64,000 nucleotides of DNA, taken from assembly GCA_963734495.1 (NCBI GenBank), contig CAVTHK010000013.1, positions 384,001 through 448,000 of the forward strand. The letters are read 5' to 3'. The notes under the pieces were generated by a model, which was given only the letters and a program-made list of their open reading frames with translations, was not told the origin of the DNA and ran no database searches. Source of the stretch: an uncultured Spirochaetota bacterium (lineage in GTDB: Bacteria > Spirochaetota > Spirochaetia > SZUA-6 > CAVTHK01). Numbering within the stretch: the stretch's first letter is position 1; each line of letters starts with the position of its first letter. The position numbers were made by a program, and so were the translations under genes. This document shows positions 9,812 through 20,152 of this stretch, in pieces.

Positions 9812-10717
9812 TTATCTCTGCGCGCGCTCAAAGAACGCGTCGAACCCCGGAAGAGGACTGGCCTCCGTCTCACCCGGTACTCGGGGGAATCGATTCTCCT
9901 TCCAGTCCGCTTTGGCCTTCTCGATACGCTCTTTCTTTGAAGAGACGAAGTTCCACCACATGATGCGTTTTCCCAGCGGCGCCCCGCCGATCACGGCGAT
10001 GCGGCTGTCCGCATCGGCGAACAACTCGACGCCGGGTGCGTCGCCCAGGACGGCCAGCGCTCGCTCGGGCAGGGTCGTGTCCTGCACGCGAACACCGCCG
10101 GACACCGTGTAGACGGCCCGCTCTCCCGATTCGTCGGGCAGGCGGAGGACCTTGCCCGCTGGCAGCTCCGCCTCGACGTAAAGAGTAGCAGAAAGAGTCA
10201 CGACCGGGGCGCGCATGCCATAAGCAGCGCCGATCATGACCCTGACCCTCACACCTCCGATGGTGGCTACCGGCAGATCCGAGGCAGGATAGTGGTAAAA
10301 GGCCGGCTCGATTTCTTCGTGCTGCTGCGGCAGCGCGGCCCACAGCTGGAGCCCGTTCATCCTGTGCCCCGTCGCGCGAAGCGGCGGGCCGGTGCGCTCC
10401 GAATGGACGATGCCCCTGCCGGCCACCATCAGGTTGATGGCGCCGGGAGTGATTGTCTGCACGGTCCCGATCGAGTCCCGGTGCACGAGCTCTCCCTCGA
10501 AGAGGTAGGTGATCGTCGCGAGGTTGATGTGGGGATGCGGAATCACGTCGATGCCTTTTCCGGGTGCAAATGACGCCGGACCGATATGATCGAAGAAGAC
10601 CCAGGGCCCCACCGCCTCGACGCCGCGCGCAGGCAGGCATCGGTGAACGACAACGCTGCCGAGATCGATCTCCCGCGGCCGAATGATGCTCCGGACGTAT
10701 CCCGATGACTTCGACAT
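9812..10717 (-). CDS. pirin family protein
   Basis: GPWVFFDH, PHPHINL, HRDS, MVAGRGIVHSE and WWNFVSS motifs. Confidence 0.93.
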   Translation of the reverse strand: MSKSSGYVRSIIRPREIDLGSVVVHRCLPARGVEAVGPWVFFDHIGPASFAPGKGIDVIPHPHINLATITYLFEGELVHRDSIGTVQTITPGAINLMVAGRGIVHSERTGPPLRATGHRMNGLQLWAALPQQHEEIEPAFYHYPASDLPVATIGGVRVRVMIGAAYGMRAPVVTLSATLYVEAELPAGKVLRLPDESGERAVYTVSGGVRVQDTTLPERALAVLGDAPGVELFADADSRIAVIGGAPLGKRIMWWNFVSSKKERIEKAKADWKENRFPRVPGETEASPLPGFDAFFERAQR

Positions 10718-10962
10718 GCGGCTATCCTCTCGCGGCCATCTTACCCTGCGACGGGGCTGGCCGCCAGGGCGCGGGCCTGCTCGAGGACTTCGGAGCGGGA
10801 GGTCCGATGGGAAGGCTCAGGACCAGGCGGCTGTTGCACGTTGGCGAGATGGCGACAGGCCGCGAAATCTGCTCGGCGTTCGCAGAAGAGGCGCTGTCGT
10901 CGTGGTCGCTTCGCCCAAGCTGGCGCACGTCTGCGAGACAGCCCGCAGGGTCGCCGACGAGA

Positions 10963-11026
10963 GCGAGTTGCGGGTCTATGCACAGGAGGACTCGCCGAAG
11001 AGCGGTCGCCTCTTCAAGCCGACCCG
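10963..11026 (+). repeat. copy 2 of the ~64-bp repeat; orphan tail of an FG-GAP-gene homolog
   Basis: Encodes ELRVYAQEDSPKSGRLFKPTR versus ELWVYTQDDSPKRGRLYKPTR at 6031-6094. Confidence 0.8.
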
Positions 11027-11131
11027 GGGCTGATCGTCGCATGTCGCGCCGAGCACGCTCGGTTAGCTTCGGCCTGCCCCCCGCCGCTTGCCGCGAGGGA
11101 GCGGCAGCAGCGGAAGGCCCACGATCTATAT

Positions 11132-11350
11132 CTAGATGGCGCTGTCTGTGGTCAACGCGACGTCGAAGGTCCCTTCTACGACGGTACTCGATCTGGATCC
11201 TGCCCGAAGTTGCCTGCTCCTCGTTGTCGGCGCCGATGGGGTCACCACCGTACCAGTCCAGTGAGAGTGCAACGATGGAATACCCGCCCGGACCAAGGCT
11301 GATGTCCCAAGTGCCGACGTCGATCGCCTTTCCCTGCGGGGCCGATGGGG
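11132..11350 (-). pseudogene. gene fragment resembling the C-terminal domain of the 6464-7420 lipoprotein
   Basis: KAIDVGTWDISLG…ATSGRIQIE, frameshift, VVEGTFDVALTTDSAI*; compare GTTYD…GTGTVTVT…VIEGTFSATV. Confidence 0.4.
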
Positions 11351-11444
11351 GAAAAGTCGTGAAGGACAGTCAGCAGCCCAGAAAGGCCCCGCGCCGGGCG
11401 CCTCGCGTAGGCGAGCCAGCGGCGGGGCCGGCGCGAACCGGCGG

Positions 11445-13445
11445 TCACAGCATCGCCGTGACCTCGCTCGTCTTGCCGACGATCACCTGAGCCGCGGATT
11501 CCACCTCTGCGGTCTCCACGTTCACGACCCGGCCAAAGATCACCACCGAGCCTGGCATCTCGATCACCGAGCCGGTCAGGATGTACCGCGCAGCGAGGAC
11601 CTTGCCGACGGACACGGCCTTGTTCGTGTCCATGAGGTCCGACGCGGCAAGCTGCTGCTCGCGCAGGATTTCGTCCAGCCTGGACCGCTCGACGAGGGTG
11701 AGGTGGTCGGCCTTGGCCAGCTCGACCACACCCATCTCGTTGAGCAGCGTCACGAGGCGTGGCTGATCGGGACCTTTTGCCGCGAAGCCCGACACCGCGA
11801 TCGCGCCGCCCTTCTTCTGACTTACCTCCAGCAGGATCTCCTGGAACAGGTTGTGCAGCTGCTCCGAGAGGGGACGGTCCGCGGTCCGGCCGGGAAGCAT
11901 CTCCTCGTCCGCCCCCACTCGCTTCGCGTCGGCATCGGACACCTCGAGCTCCTTGCTCAGGATGCGGATGTACTCGTCCATCATGCGGATCTCGTCGTCG
12001 AACCCTTGATCGTCCGAGCGCAAGTGGACGTTGACGAGCTCCTTCTTCATCGCGACCGTCCACTCCAGCGCCGTCCTGAGCCTGCCCTTGAACGTCCCCT
12101 CGAGCTCCGCGATCTCGGGGCTGGTGACTGCGTGGTAGTCCGCACCCACCGCGCTCCGGCCACGCAGCATCGAGTTCCGAAGCGAGTTGACCTGGTCGAG
12201 CTCGCTTCTGCCTGCGTAGTAGGCGTCGCCGATCCGCTTGAGCGCCTGGGCAAAGGCGAGCATCGTGCCGGATCTCATCACCATGCCGTCGGAGAACCCG
12301 GCGACCGGCTCCTCGGCGTCGACGCACTCCACCAGGACGGACACGGGATCAGCCGCATGGCGGACACCTTCAACGTCCTTGTACTCCAGGGTGAACCTTG
12401 CGAGCTCCGTCGGGCCGTGCTTCGCGGTGGGCAGGATCCGGACGCGGGCAAGGATCGTCTCGTAGTCCCTGTGGTGCAGCGTGGGCAGCGCGTAGGTGAT
12501 CGTGTCGCCGGAGACGCGATTCTCGTAACCCCAGGTCCCCAGGACCTCGACGGGCATCCGGAACTCCAGCTTCATCCTGAGGTCGCGGGCCGCGGGGACC
12601 GCCATCCGGTCCAGCTCGCTGCCGAAGGTCTTCTCCATCTCCTTTGCGTCCGCGATGAAGCGCGAGCTGCCCCCGCCCCTCCGGGCCAGCTCTTCCATGA
12701 GCTTCGGGTCGTAGCCCGTGCCGACTCCGATGGCCGAGAGGTTCACTCCCCTCTCCCTGAATGAGTCCGCCATGTCGAGCAGCGCGCCGGTGGAGCCGAC
12801 GTTGCTCAAGCCGTCGGTGAGGAGCAGCACACGGTTCGTGTACCCGGACCTGAAGTTCTTCATCACCTCTGCGTAGCCGAGCTCGACGCCCGCGGGCACG
12901 TTCGTGCCCCCGCGCGTCTGGATCTGGGAGACCGCGCTGCGGAATCGGGACCTCTGCTCGGCGCTGGACATCCTGGTCGACGGGAAGACGACCTCCGCGA
13001 CGTTGTCGAAGATCACGAGTGACACGAAGTCCTTGTCGCGGACGCTGGAGATGAAGATGTCGAAGGCTTTCTTCACCCAGTCCAGCTTGTTCGCCGAAGA
13101 CATCGACCCGCTCCTGTCGATGACGAAGGCGAAGTTCAGCGGCCGCAGCTCCTCAAAAGGCAGCTCCCTGGCCTGGACGCCGACGTGAACGATTTCCTCC
13201 TGACCCTTGCCCGACACCTGCCTGTGCCCCGTGTAGACGCTCACCCCCAGCAACTCCGTCGGCTTCGGGTAGCGGTAGTTGACGTAGGCCACGTACGAGC
13301 CTTCGTCGACCTGGGCGGACGGCACGATGACCCCGCTTCCCGCCAGGTACCGTCCCCTGGCCGACGAAGCCCCTTCGGCCGATGCGCCGCTCCACGCCGC
13401 GAAGCAGCAGGCGCTCAGTGCGAACACTGCGATCAGCCTTTTCAT
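11445..13445 (-). CDS. secreted vWA-domain protein (YfbK-like) with a C-terminal CsgG/FlgO-like domain
   Basis: Signal peptide; MIDAS motif DRSGSM…GGTN…LLTDG; C-terminal LVERSRLDEILREQ…VGKVLAARYILTGSV…RVVNVETAEV. Confidence 0.85.
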   Translation of the reverse strand: MKRLIAVFALSACCFAAWSGASAEGASSARGRYLAGSGVIVPSAQVDEGSYVAYVNYRYPKPTELLGVSVYTGHRQVSGKGQEEIVHVGVQARELPFEELRPLNFAFVIDRSGSMSSANKLDWVKKAFDIFISSVRDKDFVSLVIFDNVAEVVFPSTRMSSAEQRSRFRSAVSQIQTRGGTNVPAGVELGYAEVMKNFRSGYTNRVLLLTDGLSNVGSTGALLDMADSFRERGVNLSAIGVGTGYDPKLMEELARRGGGSSRFIADAKEMEKTFGSELDRMAVPAARDLRMKLEFRMPVEVLGTWGYENRVSGDTITYALPTLHHRDYETILARVRILPTAKHGPTELARFTLEYKDVEGVRHAADPVSVLVECVDAEEPVAGFSDGMVMRSGTMLAFAQALKRIGDAYYAGRSELDQVNSLRNSMLRGRSAVGADYHAVTSPEIAELEGTFKGRLRTALEWTVAMKKELVNVHLRSDDQGFDDEIRMMDEYIRILSKELEVSDADAKRVGADEEMLPGRTADRPLSEQLHNLFQEILLEVSQKKGGAIAVSGFAAKGPDQPRLVTLLNEMGVVELAKADHLTLVERSRLDEILREQQLAASDLMDTNKAVSVGKVLAARYILTGSVIEMPGSVVIFGRVVNVETAEVESAAQVIVGKTSEVTAML

Positions 13446-13470
13446 GCGAACCTCCTGCGACCGGAGTTGT

Positions 13471-13487
13471 TGCATCGAGCGTGCCAC
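13471..13487 (-). promoter_or_regulatory. sigma54 promoter of the vWA gene
   Basis: Minus strand GTGGCACGCTCGATGCA (TGGCAC-N5-ATGC); inverted repeat ACCCTTC-N6-GAAGGGT at 13602-13621. Confidence 0.65.
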
Positions 13488-13683
13488 GGCGCCGGTGCTG
13501 CAACTTGCGCGCAGCTGAATGAGTTATGCGGGCAGGGCGAAGACGCCAGGCTGCAGTTCCCCCACAACCTCCGGAGAGCGTCGAGGCGGGCGCGGTGAGC
13601 AACCCTTCATGATAGAAGGGTCTATGAGCAATTGGAGAGAAGATGGTCAGGATGAAGGTTGACGACGGTTCGCGCGGGGGCCG

Positions 13684-15041
13684 TCAGGCACGGGACGCGG
13701 CGCGTTTCTTCTGCAGCTCCTCGCGCAGCGCCTCGTGTTCGCTCTTGCCGAGAGGCGATCTCCAGGCGAGGACCATCGAGAGGCCCAGCAGCAGGGCGGG
13801 CGCAACGCCGATCAGCAGCCGGATGGCGAGCAGGGCGGACGCGGGCTGCTCCTCGCCCGGCGCGGTAGCCGGTCCAGTGCAGGATCGCCCTGCGACAGCG
13901 CGAGGACGAGGGCGGTCCCGCTCTTCTGGATGAACACGACGAAGCCGTAGTAGGCGCCTTCGCGACGCACGCCCGTGGCGATCTCGTCGGCCTCGATCAC
14001 GTCGGGAACCATGGACCACGGGATGACGTGCGCGCCGGCCACGCCGAGGCCGGCAAGCGCGGCGAGCACGTAGGCGAGCGTGCGAGCGGAGGCCGGCGAC
14101 CAGGGCGAGGCCCAGCATGACGGCGCCCACCAGCCGGCAGCCAGGGCGTAGGCGCCCCGCTTGCCGAGGCGGCCCGACAGGAGCACGACCAGCGGGATGC
14201 ACGCGAGCGCGGCGCCCTGCACGACGACGAGCACGAGCTCCAGCTCGTCCGGGATGCGCAGCCAGTACGTGACGTAGTACTGCAGCAGGGACGCCACGAG
14301 ATTGACCGTCACCCACGAGAGAAGGTAGATGCCCGCGATGTACCGGAAGGCCCGGTTGCTGCCGCATCGCGGCGAGCGAAGCCAGCGAGGCTCTCCCGCG
14401 GCGGCGGCGTGGCCGCGAACCGCTCCCGGACGGTGAAGAACAGCATCAGGTACGGCGCCATGGCGAGCAGGCCGAAGCCGGCGCCGGCGACGAGGTAACC
14501 GGCTGCCGGACGCGCGAAGCCCCGCACGATGACGGGCACGAAGTAGGCGGCCACGAGGCCGCCCAGCATGCTCGTGGCCATGCGCCAGCCCGTGACCTCG
14601 GTGCGCTCGTCGTAGTCCTCGGTGAGCTCCGCGGTCAGCGCGCCGTAGGGGACGGTCATCAGGGTGAACGCCGTGTCGAAGAGGATGTAGGCGAGCGCGT
14701 ACCAGCCTGCCCTGCCGAGGTCGCTCCACGGCGGCACCCACCACAGCATCGTGAAGAAGACCGCGAGCGGCAGCGCGTTGAAGAGAAAGATCGGCCGTCG
14801 CCTGCCCCATCGCGTCCTGCACGCGGTCCGCCAGGACGCCGATGAGCGGGTCGTTCACCGCGTCCCAGATGCCGCCGACGAGCAGAACGAGCGCCGCCAG
14901 GCTCGGCGGCAGCCTCGCGACGTCCGTGAGGAAGAACGCGAAGAAGAAGATGAAGATCGTCGACGTGGTGGTATTGCCCCAGTCGCCGAGGCCGTACGCG
15001 ATCTTGGTGGCGAGGGGGAGCCTTCCGGGCCGTTGTCTCAT
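13684..15041 (-). CDS. MFS transporter, glycoside-pentoside-hexuronide (MelB/MFSD2-like) family, frameshifted
   Basis: KIAYGLGD…IWDAVNDPLIG…PYGALTAELTEDYDER…WSMVPDVIE…RREGAYYG motifs. Confidence 0.88.
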
Positions 15042-16337
15042 TCGGTGCCTCCTCCGGGGAAACGCAGGTCCTTCTCGTAGATGCGATAGCGCCGGTAGAT
15101 GCGGAGGCCCGACCGGTCCTGGATCCGGTTCGACTTCCAGTTCTCGTCTCCGGTGAGCGAGACGTCGACCTCCCGGTAGCCCTTGCGCCACAGCGCCTCG
15201 CCGAGCCGCTGCATGATCAGCACCTCCACGAAGCGGCCCTGGAACTGCGGCGCCACCACGAGGATCTTGAACGAAGCCCGGTCGACGCGGCGGAGGCGGA
15301 GCAGGAAGCGCGCGGTACCCACCAGGCCCAACCGCCCTCCGAGGCCGTGCAGCGCCTGGTTGGCGTCCGGCACCACGAGGCCGAAGCCGGCGGGCCGGCC
15401 GTCGACCTCGGCCAGCAGGGCCAGCTCGTCGTCGAGGATGGGCTTGAGCTCCGCGGCCCGGGCGAGGAACTCCTCGTCGCTCACAGGCACGTAGTATGGA
15501 AGAGAGGCGACTGCTGTGTTGAAGAGCCGGCACGCGATGCGTATGTCTTCTTCCCACCGACGCCGATTCGAGCGTCCTTATCGTGACGCCGCGGTCTTTC
15601 GCGCCCGCGATCTCGATGGCGCGCCGCAGGTGAAGCGGCGCGTCCTCGACGAACGAGCGGTCGCCCGGCGGGCGCATGAGCATACGCGCGAAGATGTCCT
15701 GAGACCTGCGCATGCCCGCGCTCTCGAGCAGCCGCGCATAGTACGGAGGCGAGTGCGCTTCCATGAGCGCGGGCACGCTGTCGAACCCCTCGACAAGGAT
15801 GCCGGGCTCGTCGTCGGCCGCCGGGTTGTAGGGGCCGCGCATGCTCGAGAGCCCGCGCGCGGCGAGCCACGCCGACGCCGTGTCCAGGAGCAGACGCGCG
15901 GCGGCGGGGTCGTCGAGGCACTCGAAGAAACCGAAGATGCCGACGGGCTTGCGCAGCGCTTCGGCAGCCTTGCGGTCGTGGATGGCGGCGATGGTGCCTG
16001 CGATCATTGCGCCTCGAACTGCCATCCAAAGCTGAAGGTCGGCCGTCCGCCAGAACGGGTTGCGCTTCCGGTCGACCCTGCCGAGCCGCTCGCCGAGGAT
16101 CGGCTCTACCCAGTTCGGGTCGTCGCGATAGACGAGGCGGGCAAAGCAGAAGCATCGCGCGATCTGGCGTCGGGTATCGGCTGGCACGATGCGCAGGGTA
16201 TCGATGTCACGACGATGCGACGCCCGCCGCTCGTCGTCAAGCCGGCGTTCGGGGGCTGGCCGGCGGCGGCGCGGGCTTGGCGGGCCGACCTTTACCCGGG
16301 CCGAAGCATCTTCGGTTCCCCGGTCTCGCGCCGCCAA
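15038..16337 (-). CDS. YghO / bacterial ceramide synthase (bCerS)-like GNAT acyltransferase, frameshifted; start uncertain
   Basis: YRDDPNWVEPI…KRNPFW…GTIAAIHD…FGFFECLDD…MRGPYN…LVEGFD…HSPPYY…PDANQAL…YRIYEKDL; stop overlaps the MFS ATG (ATGA). Confidence 0.8.
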
Positions 16338-16377
16338 CTATCGCGGCCAGCCCGGCCCCTGCTACCGATGGCCCGAG

Positions 16378-16524
16378 TCACCTGAACATCATGGGCGTGG
16401 CGCGAGCGCCGCACCCGTCGTCCTGGTACGCGACATACGGAGTGTCCACCGAATCGATCGCCAGGGACGTGTAGGATGCCCTGCGCGCGCTAAAGCCCGC
16501 GGTGCCCACGACCTGCCACGAGCC
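16378..16524 (-). pseudogene. single terminal beta-propeller repeat unit (gene remnant)
   Basis: GSWQVVGTAGFSARRASYTSLAIDSVDTPYVAYQDDGCGARATPMMFR*; no upstream gene body. Confidence 0.65.
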
Positions 16525-16799
16525 TTTGACGTCTGGCTGGTCAAGACCGCCGCCGGCGACGGCGAGGAGTGGAACCAGACGTACGGTGGAAGCGCTGACG
16601 ACCGCGGATTCTCCGTTCAGCAGACTCGAGATGGTGGTTACATAGTGGCCGGCGGAACGAAGTCGTTCGGCGCCGGCGGCGAGGACATCTGGCTGATCAA
16701 GACGGACAGCCTGGGCAACGAGCGGCTGCCGGCGGGTACATCGTCGCAGGGACGAACCTGGAGGACGTCTTTCTGCTCAAGACGGACTCTCTGGGAAGA
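16525..16799 (+). pseudogene. fragment of a GGYIVAG-type beta-propeller repeat protein
   Basis: FDVWLVKT…WNQTYGG…QQTRDGGYIVAGGTKSFGAGGEDIWLIKTDSLGNE plus a second out-of-frame unit GGYIVAGTNLEDVFLLKTDSLG. Confidence 0.7.
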
Positions 16800-16869
16800 A
16801 GGAGCGGAGCGCGCGATTCGAGAGAGACTTTCCGGACTACGGCATGTGCGCCCTGCAGACGAGCGATGG

Positions 16870-17150
16870 CGGCTACGTGCGACGCCGGACGCGGCGAACT
16901 ACCTCGACCACTGGTACGTGCCTACCGGCGATCTGAAGGTCCCCGTGGTCACGCTTCACAACGTGCGCGACCCTGCCGTCCCCTATTCGCACGAGGCTCG
17001 ATTCGCTGCGATCGTCGCGGCAGCGGGCAAGTCGGCGTTCCTGGAGCAGATCGACGCGTTCGCGCCATTCGGCCACGTCGTGGTCACGCCCGGGGAGGTC
17101 GTGAGGGCGTTCATTCTGATGGAACAGAAGGCAGGCCGGCAACTACGGTC
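16870..17150 (+). pseudogene. C-terminal fragment of an alpha/beta hydrolase-like protein
   Basis: YVPTGDLKVPVVTLHNVRDPAVP…FGHVVVTPGEVVRAF keeps the Asp/His region; the nucleophile half is missing. Confidence 0.6.
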
Positions 17151-17188
17151 GCGGGTCGCGAAAGACCGCCGCGCAGAGGCCAGACACA

Positions 17189-17220
17189 AGCCCCGATTCC
17201 CCGCCGGGAATCGGGGCCGT
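17189..17220 (-). terminator. intrinsic terminator of the ABC/dehydrogenase operon
   Basis: 12-bp stem GCCCCGATTCCC/GGGAATCGGGGC followed on the minus strand by TTGTGTCT, just after the stop at 17231. Confidence 0.7.
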
Positions 17221-17230
17221 TTCCCGTCCT

Positions 17231-18219
17231 CTACTTCGTGTACACGTCCTTGGCCTCGAGCCGGTTGATCATCGGCTCGCCGGCCTTGTAGCGCTTCACG
17301 TTCTCCGAGATGATGCGGATGCAGCGCTCGACCTTGTCGGTGACCGCGGGCGTGGAGTGCGGCGTGACATAGACGCCGGGCAGGTCCCACAGCGGGCTCG
17401 ACGCCGGCAGGGGCTCGACCGTCACGGTGTCCAGACCGGCGCCCGCGATCTTTCCCGCCTTGACCGCCTCGATGAGGGCCTCTTCGTCGATGATGGCGCC
17501 GCGGCCCATGTTCACGATAAAGGCGGTCGGCTTCATGAGAGCGAGCTGCTTTCGGCCGATGATGTGCCAGGTCGCGTCCGAGAGCGGAAGCGCGATGACG
17601 ACAAAGTCGCACTGCTTGAGCAGGTCGTCGAGGCTGTCGCCGCGCTCCGCCGAGTACAGCCTGTCGACGCCCGCCGGAGCCGCGCCGGCGCTCCTGCGGT
17701 AGCCGAGCACCGTCATGTTGAAGGCCTTGGCGCGCACGGCCAGCTCCTTGCCGGTGTTGCCCAGGCCGAGAATCCCGATCGTCTTGCCCCACATGGCCCG
17801 CCGGTTCTCCTGCTTCTCGTTGCGCAGCCAGACGTGCGCCTTCTGAGCCTCCAGGAGGGCGCGCGACGTCGTAGGTGTGGAGGAGCATGAAGAACATGGC
17901 ATGCTCGGCCAGCGCCGGGCCCGACCGGCCCGCGGAGCTCGTCACGATGAGGCCCTTCTCGAACACCCACGGGCGCGCGGACCTGGTGAGCCCGGCGTGG
18001 TCGCAGTGGACCCAGCGCAGGTTGGGCGCGTTACGGAACCGGTCGTCGAGGTCCGACGCGAGCACCGCCACGTCGACGGTCTTGAGCGCGGCCTCGACCG
18101 CGGCCGCATCGCGGGGCGAGGCCGTGATGAACTCGGCCGGGGCAAACGCCTTGCGCACCTGCTCGAGGCTGCTCCGGCTTGTAGTGGATCGTGGCGAGCA
18201 CACGCTTGATCTGAGGCAT
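17231..18219 (-). CDS. D-2-hydroxyacid dehydrogenase family protein, frameshifted
   Basis: GILGLGNTG, VNMGRG, AGLDT..EPLP and TPH motifs. Confidence 0.9.
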
Positions 18220-18249
18220 GCGAGACCTTCCTTTCGTTTCGGCTGCCTT

Positions 18250-19131
18250 TCAGCCCTTGATGGCGCCGACCATGACGCCCTTGACGAAATAGCGCTGCAG
18301 GAACGGGTATGCGAGCAGGATCGGCAGCGTCGTGACGATGATCGTCGCGAACTTGATGGTCTGCCCGATCGGCTCGCGGTCGCTGACCGTGCCGATCATC
18401 ATGGTGTCGGTGCTGCTCATGATGATGATCTCGCGCAGGATCAGCTGCAGAGGGTAGAGCGTGCGCGTCCTGAGGTAGATCATCGCGTTGAAGAACGCGT
18501 TCCAGTGATAGACCGAGTAGAAGAGGATCATCACCGCGACGACCGGCATGGATACGGGGATAAAGATGCGCACGAGGATCGTCAGGTCGTTGGCGCCGTC
18601 GATCTTGGCCGATTCCTCGAGCGAGTTGGGCACGGCCTGGAAGCCGGTGCGCATGATGATCAGGTTCCACGTGTTGATGGCCGGCGGGATGATCATCGCG
18701 AGGCGGGTGTCGAGCATCCCGAGGTCCTTGACCAGGAGGTAGGTCGGGATCAGGCCGCCGGAAAAGAACATCGTGAACACGATGAGGAACATGAAGAAGT
18801 TCTTGCCCGGCAGGCTCGCCCGCGAGAGCCCGTAGGCGCCCAGCGACGTGAGGATCAGGTTCAGGATCGTGCCGCCGATCATGTAGATCATCGTGTTGAC
18901 GTAGCCGATGCGGATGATCGGGGTGTCCAGCCACGTACTTGTAGGCGGCGAGAGAGAAACCCTGGGGCTTCCAGAAGAAGCCCCTCGCGGCCGCGAGCAG
19001 CGTCGGGTGGCTGATCGACGCGAGGAGGATGTAGTAGAAGGGGTAGAGCGTCACGATCATCAGCGCGAGCATGAACGCGACGTTGAACGACGTCGAATGC
19101 GCTTTTCCCGTGCCGACTTTCGAACAGCCAT
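18250..19131 (-). CDS. carbohydrate ABC transporter permease (MalG/LplC-like), frameshifted
   Basis: EAA loop LEESAKIDGA; FFSGGLIPTY; YPFLQRYFVKGVMVGAIKG. Confidence 0.92.
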
Positions 19132-19143
19132 CGGACGCTCCCC

Positions 19144-20060
19144 CTACCAGAGACTGGTCTCGCTCATGGTCCGGCTCATCCGGTTCACCGAGACCAGCAG
19201 CACGAAATTGATGACCGAGTTGAACAGGCCGACCGCGGCGCTGTAGCTGTAGTTCATCTCGAGCAGGCCCTGCCTGTAGACGAACGTCGAGATCACGTCG
19301 GCGGTGTCGTAGGTCATCGGGTTGTACATGAGGAGGATCTTCTCGAACCCGACCGTCATCATGCGGCCCACCCGCAGGATCAGCAGCACGATGATCGTCG
19401 GCGCGATCCCCGGCAGGGTGATGTGGAGCCTCTGCGACCAGCGCGACGCGCCGTCCATATGGGCGGCCTCGTAGAGGGCGGGGTCGATGCTCGCCAGGCG
19501 CGGCGAGGTAGATGACCGAGCTCCACCCGAACTCCTGCCAGATGCCCGAGCCGACGTAGAGGGTCCGGAACCAGCCCGCCTCGGTCATAAAGGCGATCCG
19601 CTGCCCGCCGAGCGCCTCGATCAGGTCGTTGATCGGACCGGCGCGGTCGGCGAAGATGTTGATCATGCCCACCACGACCACGGTCGAGATGAAGTGCGGC
19701 AGGTAGGTCACGGTCTGCACCGTCTTCTTGAAGCGCTGGTTGGTCAGGTCGTTCAGGAACAGCGCAAAGATGATCGGGATCGGGAACCCGTAGACGATGC
19801 TGTAGATGCTGATGAGCAGCGTGTTCCGCAGGAGCCTCCAGAAGTAGAAGCTCTTGAAGAACTCGGTGAACCACTGGAAGCCCACCCACGGGCTCCCGCA
19901 GCAGTCCCTCCGACGGGATGAAGTCCTTGAACGCGATGACGGCCCCGTACATCGGGCCGTAGTGGAAGATGAGGTAGTAGCCGAGCACGGGGGCAAGCAT
20001 GCCGTAAACCCAGCGGTTCGCGACCACCTGCCTGCCGAGTCTCTGCAGTCGGGCGTTCAC
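19144..20060 (-). CDS. carbohydrate ABC transporter permease (LplB-like), frameshifted
   Basis: YGPMYGAVIAFKDF, TYLPHFISTVV, LYEAAHMDGA and AAVGLFNSV motifs. Confidence 0.92.
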
Positions 20061-20152
20061 TGCTGCGATCCAGTTTCGCGCTTCGCGTCCCGGCCGGCGC
20101 CGCCGAGGGGCGGGCGACCGCCGCGCCCCTCCGCGCACGCCGCCGTCGCGAG

